From positions 67,121 to 131,120 of the IMG/VR virus record IMGVR_UViG_3300002141_000156: DNA of 64,000 bases; one strand, written 5' to 3'. This document shows, piece by piece, positions 57,225 to 63,858 of the stretch. This DNA comes from a virus. Both the position numbers and the translations under genes were made by a program. Under the pieces are notes generated by a model. It did not search any database, was not told where the DNA came from, and saw only the letters and a list, made by a program, of their open reading frames with translations. How positions within the stretch are numbered: the first letter of the stretch is position 1; the number at the start of each line of letters is the position of its first letter.

Positions 57225-58004
57225 TTAAGCATAGGAAACGGAAAAGGCTGGAGCTTTTTTTCTAGCCGCTGCGATTGCAGAAGTAGGATCACTGCCCCAT
57301 CCGGCATTTGCTTTGGCAAACATGACGAGTGCAGAGTCAACATCTGTAAACTTATTAAGATCTAATCCTTTTTCTTTAAATCTATTTTTAAAGAAGCGAA
57401 TTCCTACATCTGCTGCAACCCTAGGATCATTCATTGCATCTGGATTGGTAATTAGATCCATTCCAATCTCTTTTCCAAGTATACGATATCCGCTTTTAAA
57501 TGTTACCTGATTAAATCCACGACCTCGATATTTCCAGCCGTCTCCAGGTTGAGTATTTTCATAAGCATCATCTCTCATTCCAGTTGGCTTTTGACCGTAT
57601 ACAAAATTTGCAAGTTTTTCCGGATTATGTTCATATTTTACAGCCAGGTCATTATAATTATCTTTACCCAGCCCCTTTTTTACTTTAATTCCAGTCTTTG
57701 AAAATACTCCCCATACCTCAGGTAGTCTCTCTTTAGTGTAATCCATCTGTTCGTTTTTAGGAATATAATTAGTCTCTTTTCCAATAACTGCAAGTATTCC
57801 AGCTTGAGAATAGGGATTTTTTATTCCATGTGCCTCCATTGTTGTAATTAAAAGATTGATATTTGCAGCCTGTTCTCCAGTATAAGTGTGTTTAATTTTT
57901 CCAGAGGAATTGGGCGGTAATATTACACCAGCAGTTGATGGAATTACCTTCTCCTCTTTGCTCTGTTCATTGATTCGAGTCCAGGCATAATAGTTAAGTA
58001 TCAT
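57225..58004 (-). CDS. GH19 lysozyme/chitinase, paralog of the C-domain of 32057..33610
   Basis: KET...EQMDY.KERLPEVWGVFSKTG, NPEKLANFVYG, GDGWKYRGRGFNQVT. Confidence 0.88.
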   Translation of the reverse strand: MILNYYAWTRINEQSKEEKVIPSTAGVILPPNSSGKIKHTYTGEQAANINLLITTMEAHGIKNPYSQAGILAVIGKETNYIPKNEQMDYTKERLPEVWGVFSKTGIKVKKGLGKDNYNDLAVKYEHNPEKLANFVYGQKPTGMRDDAYENTQPGDGWKYRGRGFNQVTFKSGYRILGKEIGMDLITNPDAMNDPRVAADVGIRFFKNRFKEKGLDLNKFTDVDSALVMFAKANAGWGSDPTSAIAAARKKAPAFSVSYA

Positions 58005-58098
58005 CGTAAAAAGCTTTTAGTTATTTATCCTGCCAGATTATTTCCATACACTATCCGAGACGGTACTAACAATACCCGTAAATATTGAAGTTTGATTT

Positions 58099-58230
58099 TT
58101 ATCTAGATCCAGGTAGAAGTATTAGTGTTTTTTCACCACCTTGTGAAAGGCTATAGAGAATAATATTATCTTTTTTTTCGTTGGCCTCCAACATAATGAT
58201 AAATTGTTCGAATAGTTTTAAGTATTTCAT
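58099..58230 (-). pseudogene. Short or truncated ORF with CTS-like leader (43 aa)
   Basis: MKYLKLFEQFIIMLEANEKKDNIILYSLSQGGEKTLILLPGSR-stop behind late promoter at 58238; ends abruptly after a hydrolase-like KTLILLPG start. Confidence 0.4.
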
Positions 58231-58249
58231 ATAGTGTTATTTATCAGGA

Positions 58250-59600
58250 GAGTCTGGCCGCGTTACCGGTACCATGGGGATTTTTTCGGGACCGCGAGAG
58301 GGGCTTTTTCTAGGGGGCGAGGGTGTCGATGCGTGTGATACCAGAAATTTATTTTAAAATTTTATAATCACCGCTGTGACCGGTAATCCTAATTGAAGTG
58401 CGATGCAACTTCTCTTATGACCTCCTATAAGGTGATAAGGCTTTTTGGCCGTTTCCCCTATATTTAATATAGTGTTATTTATCGGGAGAGTCTAGAGAGG
58501 AGTCCAGTGCCCCGGGGATTTTTTTTGCAGAGAAGAGAGGTACTAATTACAGAGAAGATGGAGTAGAAGAAGAGAGTAAGTAGAGAGTGGCCAGCGGTAG
58601 GACTGGAGAATTAGACTTGAGAGTGCCACCCGGCCACGGAGATTTTTTGCGCCCGGAGGGAGGACGGGTTGCCAGGGCCGGAGTGGCCTATAGTCACAAA
58701 ATTTAGCTCGTCTTTGCTAGCCTAGTCTATCTAGCCTCCTGGTTAGCCTATCCAGGCGCTCCTGCCAGGCGCTCCCAGGAGGCGTTGCCTGGCACCCAGG
58801 CAGGCCAGGGGTAGCCCTGGGTAGGTGACCTCAAGCAGCCGGCCAGGAGGCAGCCCCAGGGGACTATTTTGGCTGGCCTGGCGCCGACTCTCAGTTAGGA
58901 CCGGCTGGCCAGGTAAAGGTATGCTAGCCAGCTGGCGCCGACTCTCCTACTGGCCAGCCGGCTGACTAGGAATACGGGGCCAGCCGGCTCGGACAGGTCT
59001 CTGTTCGACTTTATATCTAGGGATTCGCCTAAGCATTAGTATTATTATAGTGTCTCTGTTCGACTTTATATCTAGGGATTCGCCTAAGCATTAATATGCA
59101 TTTAATATGCATATAGTGTCTCTGTTGGACTTTGTGCTACCGCGACCTGACCACTACCGGATCGGCTAGTCTCTGCTAAATTGTATGGGATTTAAACCTG
59201 ACCTGAGACTGCCCCGATTTTTTAAATACGAAAAAAAAGATTATATTTACTTACCGGCTGGAGGTGGGCGTAATTCGCGGGGAAGAAGGAAGTGGTGTAG
59301 GGGTTTATTAGGGATAGTTTGGGTCTCTGTTCGACTTTGTGCTACATCGATCCTGAATCTACTGAATCTAACAGTCTCTACTCGATGGAGACTTCTGCTA
59401 CCCCTTTACTTTAAGTCTGTGATTTAAAGCTTTTCTTAAAAAATAGTAGGGATACATTAAAACCCAATAAATAATAAATGGGATTGAAATAACCACTACT
59501 ATAATTTTTATTACAATATTTTTCATTAATAATATTAAACATTTTTAATTTACCGAACCGACAGGTCTCAGTTCAGGACGAGGGTGCCGATAGCCGGCTC
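58250..59600. other. GC-rich non-coding island at the late/early strand switch (origin, pac or terminus candidate)
   Basis: No credible ORF; purine-rich tract ~58480-58625; 13 CCWGG in 58672-58913; direct repeats at 58997-59345. Confidence 0.6.
58997..59345 (+). repeat. Iteron-like direct repeats
   Basis: 42-bp perfect repeat at 58997-59038 and 59052-59093; core GTCTCTGTT(C/G)GACTTT also at 59118 and 59323. Confidence 0.85.
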
Positions 59601-59618
59601 GTTGAGATCTCTAGCGAG

Positions 59619-59813
59619 TCAGCTAGTAATTGAGGAGACTTTGCCGTCCACTACACGCAAGGTAATATTAACTAAAAAGTTCGTCGGCTCCTGGAGCAGA
59701 GCCATCTCGCCATCCCCAAGTTTAGTGTAGACTTCGCAACCAACTCGTAGCTTGTCGTCGGCCTTGATATAGATCTCTGTACTATTACGTAGAGTGTACT
59801 TTTTAAATTCCAT
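59619..59813 (-). CDS. Small hypothetical late protein
   Basis: 64 aa with late promoter at 59834-59840. Confidence 0.55.
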   Translation of the reverse strand: MEFKKYTLRNSTEIYIKADDKLRVGCEVYTKLGDGEMALLQEPTNFLVNITLRVVDGKVSSITS

Positions 59814-59886
59814 GTCGTCACGATTATTTTTTTTATTTATTGTGAATCTGTGCGGGAAGTGTCTCTTCCTAAAAATAATTCGCCCT

Positions 59887-59921
59887 GATTTTTTCAGGTC
59901 AACAAAGTAGTGTATATTTAC
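59887..59921 (+). promoter_or_regulatory. Early promoter (GATTTT-N20-TATATTTA)
   Basis: Same spacing as six downstream copies; resembles the Bacteroidota -33/-7 (TTTG / TAnnTTTG) promoter. Confidence 0.65.
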
Positions 59922-59925
59922 ATTA

Positions 59926-60099
59926 ATGAAAATAGGATATGATATACCAATTACCGTAACAGAAAAACAGTACCGGCACCTGATGAAAGAATTTGGAGGG
60001 GCGGTTGCCGGTCGTGAATGTAGTGGGCAGTATTACATCAAAGTATGGATGATGGAGTATGTAGAGCCAATTCAACGAGTCCTAAACCAAATACTATGA
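59926..60099 (+). CDS. Small early protein (57 aa)
   Basis: MKIGYDIPITVTEKQYRHLMKEFGGAVAGR...YYIKVWMM; ATGA overlap with the next gene. Confidence 0.6.
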   Translation: MKIGYDIPITVTEKQYRHLMKEFGGAVAGRECSGQYYIKVWMMEYVEPIQRVLNQIL

Positions 60100-60380
60100 A
60101 AACGAAAGAGTCGTTCCGGAGAAAAAGATGGCCTGCTAACCCAATAAGAACGGTAGAGCGTAGTATTGAAATAACAGTTGCGGTTAGTGGAAAGCATCAC
60201 CCCGAAGTTGGCGGCTCGTTTTATAGAAGTAATGGAGACCCTGGTGATCCGCCAGAACCTGCCGAGTTTGAAATACATAAAGTTACATTTGCGGGTGTCG
60301 ATATAACTGCGGCGTTGGACGCGTCGGGCTTTGACTGGTCTTCTTTAGAGGACGCGATTTTAGATGATTGGGAAGATTAA
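60096..60380 (+). CDS. Small early protein
   Basis: Start MKTKESF at 60096; G.FY..NGDPGDPPEPAEFEI..V. Confidence 0.6.
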   Translation: MKTKESFRRKRWPANPIRTVERSIEITVAVSGKHHPEVGGSFYRSNGDPGDPPEPAEFEIHKVTFAGVDITAALDASGFDWSSLEDAILDDWED

Positions 60381-60399
60381 ATATCCCTAATAAAATGGA

Positions 60400-60440
60400 A
60401 AGGAAGTCGCTAGACTTCCTTTTTTTGTTTACTCCGTAGT
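60400..60440. terminator. Terminator + TTTACTCCGTAGT motif (41-bp exact repeat of 61450-61490)
   Basis: aaggaagtc-gcta-gacttcctttttttgtttactccgtagt. Confidence 0.8.
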
Positions 60441-60454
60441 GAGCCTAATTATTA

Positions 60455-60742
60455 TTAGTTGTATTCCTCTATTTCTGTTTTTGATTTAAGAACTAGAGAA
60501 TCAGTCGATCCTTCTTTTTTATAAGGATCTGAAGTAGTATACTTATCTATTAATCTTTTCATTTGTTGCAGGACGTGAACAGCACTTGGTTTTCCAGTTT
60601 TAAGACCACCTTTTATAAAAGCGGGCTGTTTAACATGCTCTCTGTAAAGATCTTTAACATCATCTTCTAACATTTTTTCTACGGTAGCTTCACTCTCATG
60701 AAGTGCATTAAAATCAGCAAATGTTTTTATATTCTTCTTCAT
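60455..60742 (-). CDS. Late-type protein with CTS-like leader inside the early region
   Basis: MKKNIKTFADFNALHES; late promoter at 60759-60765. Confidence 0.6.
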   Translation of the reverse strand: MKKNIKTFADFNALHESEATVEKMLEDDVKDLYREHVKQPAFIKGGLKTGKPSAVHVLQQMKRLIDKYTTSDPYKKEGSTDSLVLKSKTEIEEYN

Positions 60743-60881
60743 GGTTTTAATTTATTATTATTTATTATTCTCTTGCCGCCATTTTCCTGACATCTTGCAG
60801 ACGAGTGAGTCTCAGGTTTTAGGGTAGAGCTGTTTGCAGGCAAGAGGCCGGCTCGATCCAGACAAGTGATTAACACTAAAC

Positions 60882-60939
60882 TTGTTCATAACTTTAGTGG
60901 CTAGGATTTTCTCCGCTGGATTAATAGTATTATATTTAC
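60882..60939 (+). promoter_or_regulatory. Early promoter module TTGTTCATAACTTT...GATTTT...TATATTTAC
   Basis: Upstream box starts 49 bp before the TATATTTAC box in five copies (60882, 61669, 62018, 62887, 63560). Confidence 0.75.
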
Positions 60940-60957
60940 TTATAACTTAAAAATACT

Positions 60958-61044
60958 ATGGAAAAATTAATTGCACATTTACTTCTAATCGTAGGAATCG
61001 TATTATTCGTAAGCATACCATTTCTGGTTTGGTTTAATTCTTGA
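60958..61044 (+). CDS. 28-aa single-TM peptide
   Basis: MEKLIAHLLLIVGIVLFVSIPFLVWFNS directly behind an early promoter. Confidence 0.5.
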   Translation: MEKLIAHLLLIVGIVLFVSIPFLVWFNS

Positions 61045-61103
61045 TGGTCAAGCCCCTACCCATTAAAAGGAGGCGTCAGTAATAACTTTAAAAAATAAAA
61101 ATT

Positions 61104-61430
61104 ATGCCACTAAACTATGACTTATCAAAGGTTAAATCCTACAAGCGATTATTAACTGAACAGGGAAAATTAAAGGAGCCTTATTCTACAATTATTCTAC
61201 TAACTATGCAAGTTGGGATGAGACACATAACTGTCGACAATTACAGAAAGTTCTACAATAGGTTGCACTTGATTGAGACACTTAATGGTTGTTTTTTCTT
61301 CACCAACAGCAGAAAGCCGGTATTCATTACTAGAGAACAGGTCGAACGCATGATTGGACTAAGCACAAATGCGTCCGACTTAACGGCCGCAAAATTTATT
61401 AAATTGTGTGATTGGGGTAATAATCTTTAA
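61104..61430 (+). CDS. Early hypothetical protein
   Basis: 108 aa; TM.VGM..IT..N...FY.R...IGLSTNAS. Confidence 0.65.
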   Translation: MPLNYDLSKVKSYKRLLTEQGKLKEPYSTIILLTMQVGMRHITVDNYRKFYNRLHLIETLNGCFFFTNSRKPVFITREQVERMIGLSTNASDLTAAKFIKLCDWGNNL

Positions 61431-61449
61431 AATAAAATTAACTAAACTG

Positions 61450-61490
61450 AAGGAAGTCGCTAGACTTCCTTTTTTTGTTTACTCCGTAGT
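61450..61490 (+). terminator. Terminator + TTTACTCCGTAGT motif
   Basis: Identical to 60400-60440. Confidence 0.8.
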
Positions 61491-61668
61491 TAGCTGGATC
61501 AGGTCTCTATATAAAAAAAGAAGAACTTTACCCACATTTGTGGATTCTTGCTAGTCTCTGCTGGGCTGGACTGAGCTGCTTGTGCACCCTTATATCATCA
61601 CTAAAACCGCTTTTGAAACCAGATCTTCTTCAGCGTCTCTATAATTTATTTCTACCACCGATTTAATA

Positions 61669-61726
61669 TTGTTCATAACTTTAGCCACCAAGATTTTTCT
61701 TCTTGGTGGTTTTTAGTTATATTTAC
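61669..61726 (+). promoter_or_regulatory. Early promoter module with internal inverted repeat
   Basis: TTGTTCATAACTTT, ccaccaaga/tcttggtgg stem around GATTTT, then TATATTTAC at 61718. Confidence 0.75.
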
Positions 61727-61766
61727 TTAAACTTAAAAACTAACTAACCCCTAAAAAAACTAAACT

Positions 61767-62024
61767 ATGAAAGAACCAATGGATTTATTAGAGTCATTAT
61801 TTGAAATTAAAGAAAAATTCAGTAATGACCCAGAGGTAATTGAATTAATTACCAAACTTAAGTCAAAAGTCAAAGAGTTAGAATCTACCACTTTTAGTGA
61901 AGAGGAAAAAGAATCTGACGAATTTATGGAGATGAGTGATATGTTTTATCAAGAGATGAGAGAATTAGATCCAGACGAGTTTGAAATTTTTGATGTAATT
62001 TGGTTGAAGTCAAATAATTGTTAA
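61767..62024 (+). CDS. Acidic early protein
   Basis: 85 aa, E/D-rich. Confidence 0.6.
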   Translation: MKEPMDLLESLFEIKEKFSNDPEVIELITKLKSKVKELESTTFSEEEKESDEFMEMSDMFYQEMRELDPDEFEIFDVIWLKSNNC

Positions 62025-62075
62025 TAACTTTAGCCACCAAGATTTTTTATCTTGGTGGTTTTTTGTTATATTTAC
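62018..62075 (+). promoter_or_regulatory. Early promoter module with internal inverted repeat
   Basis: TTGTTAATAACTTT, ccaccaaga/tcttggtgg, TATATTTAC at 62067. Confidence 0.75.
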
Positions 62076-62097
62076 TTATAACTAAAAAACTAAACCC

Positions 62098-62268
62098 ATG
62101 ACCAAAAAAGAAAAATGGAACGAGATCGTTCAGAAAATAGAAGAATTAGGAGAGGAATTACAAGAACTAGTGGAAGACCAATTTGAAGAGAATGTGGACC
62201 TTGAAAATTCCTTGATGGGATTGAGAATGAGTGTAGATGACCTAAAAGATCAAGTGATAAAGGATTAA
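62098..62268 (+). CDS. Small acidic early protein (56 aa)
   Basis: MTKKEKWNEIVQKIEELGEELQELVEDQFEENVDLENSLMGLRMSVDDLKDQVIKD. Confidence 0.6.
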   Translation: MTKKEKWNEIVQKIEELGEELQELVEDQFEENVDLENSLMGLRMSVDDLKDQVIKD

Positions 62269-62273
62269 TTGGG

Positions 62274-62314
62274 TTTACTCCGTAGTGACAGAGGGAAGAA
62301 CGATCTTCCCTTTT
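62274..62314 (+). terminator. TTTACTCCGTAGT motif followed by a terminator
   Basis: Motif at 62274-62286, then agggaaga-acga-tcttccctttt. Confidence 0.7.
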
Positions 62315-62511
62315 GTTGTTTATATACTTTGCCCACCTACAAACTTGACATCGCGACCATCGTCTCTACTTAGGTGAGACACTTAGAGAACCTAGGTTTA
62401 ATGGGATAGTAGAAATATATTAATTATAATCCTTCAACAACATGAGCCCAGACGAAACCTTAATTGTGACTGAGTGCCACAGTGCAGACTCTTTACCTGA
62501 AATAAAATATA

Positions 62512-62799
62512 TTGGTGATAGCTGTGCTTGACCATCAAACCGTTGAGCAAGCTCAACGACTCTCAGCTGGACTTGGACTAGATCCGGCAAGTATCGATCT
62601 CTTTACTATGGCACTAGAGTCAGAATTCCGAGCCAAGCTTGGACTCGCGCATGACTTATTTGGCAACACACCCAACGAGCTGGCACGGGAAGTCTCTATA
62701 CTGCGTGAAGAAGTAGATCACCTGATACTACACTTCTCTGCACTCGAAGAGTGGGAACGTTGCGCGGCACTTCGCGATCTCTTGCCACTATTTTCCTGA
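62512..62799 (+). CDS. Hypothetical protein with UVR-like C-terminus (start uncertain)
   Basis: LILHF...EEWERCAALRDL resembles the E.YEKC motif of 11123..11431. Confidence 0.4.
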   Translation: MVIAVLDHQTVEQAQRLSAGLGLDPASIDLFTMALESEFRAKLGLAHDLFGNTPNELAREVSILREEVDHLILHFSALEEWERCAALRDLLPLFS

Positions 62800-62886
62800 C
62801 CAGGTGCCGGATACAAGGTCTCTAATCACACACCTTTTTCTGGTTCAGAAAGAGACACGGATAATCCCAAGATTCCTACCTAAAAA

Positions 62887-62944
62887 TTGTTCATAACTTT
62901 GGGATTCTCAATTTTCTCCGGTTAAATAAATGTTTTATATTTAC
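62887..62944 (+). promoter_or_regulatory. Early promoter module
   Basis: TTGTTCATAACTTT...AATTTT...TATATTTAC at 62936. Confidence 0.75.
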
Positions 62945-62966
62945 TTAACTTAAAAACTAAAGGACT

Positions 62967-63188
62967 ATGATAAGAGAAAAAGAAGAAAAACCTAGTCAAC
63001 CGATTGTGATTGACTTGTCTGGACCAGAGGGCAATGTGTTTTGTCTGATGGGGTATGCTAAGAGATTCGCGCAACAACTTGGTCTAGATGGCGGAGCGAT
63101 TACGTCGGACATGATGAGCAGCGATTATGACCATGCAGTAGAGGTGTTTGATCGACACTTTGGAGATTTTGTTATCCTACAAAAATAA
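62967..63188 (+). CDS. Conserved small phage protein
   Basis: IDLSGPEGN.F.LMG.A...M.S.DY.H...VFD.HFG. Confidence 0.7.
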   Translation: MIREKEEKPSQPIVIDLSGPEGNVFCLMGYAKRFAQQLGLDGGAITSDMMSSDYDHAVEVFDRHFGDFVILQK

Positions 63189-63195
63189 TTGCCCC

Positions 63196-63229
63196 GATTT
63201 TTTTCGGTCAAATTAATGTATTACTTTTA
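63196..63229 (+). promoter_or_regulatory. Early promoter (GATTTT-N20-TACTTTTA)
   Basis: Shares aaaaataatt..ccc.gatttttt..ggtcaa context with the 59887 copy. Confidence 0.55.
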
Positions 63230-63251
63230 ACTAAACTAAAAAACTAAAAAG

Positions 63252-63374
63252 ATGAAAAAGATTCTAAACAAAGAAACCGGTGAAATACTTCTACTTACGA
63301 GTGTTGTATTTGGATTTATTGGATTGGTAATCTATAATTCACTAGTGTACGGTACATGGTCAGCACCATGGTAA
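63252..63374 (+). CDS. 40-aa single-TM peptide
   Basis: MKKILNKETGEILLLTSVVFGFIGLVIYNSLVYGTWSAPW. Confidence 0.55.
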   Translation: MKKILNKETGEILLLTSVVFGFIGLVIYNSLVYGTWSAPW

Positions 63375-63404
63375 CTTAAGGGTTAGGTTAATATCATGAG
63401 CAGA

Positions 63405-63447
63405 GAAAGTCGGACTAGTTCCGGCTTTTTTTGGTTTACTCCGTAGT
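63405..63447 (+). terminator. Terminator + TTTACTCCGTAGT motif
   Basis: aaagtcgga-ctagt-tccggcttttttt then the motif at 63435-63447. Confidence 0.7.
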
Positions 63448-63559
63448 GCGCGGCCAGCTGCGAGTCCGGCTCGGCCGCGTCTCTTGTCACAATACGTCCA
63501 GTGCAAAGTGTCTCAGTCGAGTTGAGACACAGGTAATCCAACCGATTTACTAGAAATTA

Positions 63560-63617
63560 TTGTTCATAACTTTTCGGCCTATGATTTTCTCCGGTGGATT
63601 AATAGTATTATATTTAC
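63560..63617 (+). promoter_or_regulatory. Early promoter module
   Basis: TTGTTCATAACTTT...GATTTTCTCCG.TGGATTAATAGTATTATATTTAC, near-identical to the 60882 copy. Confidence 0.75.
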
Positions 63618-63642
63618 TTAACCAATTAAAACTATATAGACT

Positions 63643-63798
63643 ATGTCAGAAGGATTTAAAGAATTATTAAAGTTAGCAAAACAGTCGGGCGTTAAAACCT
63701 ATGATGAACTAAGCGAGTTAGTATCTGATTGTAAAAATGAAATTACTGGCGCAGATTTTGAATGTGTTCGCGCAAGTCTTAAAATTAAGAGGTTTTAA
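63643..63798 (+). CDS. Small early protein (51 aa)
   Basis: MSEGFKELLKLAKQSGVKTYDELSELV...LKIKRF. Confidence 0.55.
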   Translation: MSEGFKELLKLAKQSGVKTYDELSELVSDCKNEITGADFECVRASLKIKRF

Positions 63799-63858
63799 TA
63801 GACCTTACAGGATGAAGTATTTGAAGTAGATATGACACTAAAATAAAAAAAATAAACT

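Noticed and set aside
58997-59345. CRISPR mini-array
   Set aside because: Only two full 42-bp copies 13 bp apart, irregular spacing of the partial copies, and no cas gene in the window
59185-59427. 80-aa ORF in the GC/repeat island
   Set aside because: Runs through an iteron copy, has atypical composition and no promoter of the recognised classes
60400-63447. Integron attC array
   Set aside because: No RYYYAAC/GTTRRRY-bounded imperfect palindromes and no integrase in the window; kept only as a generic cassette-like repeat
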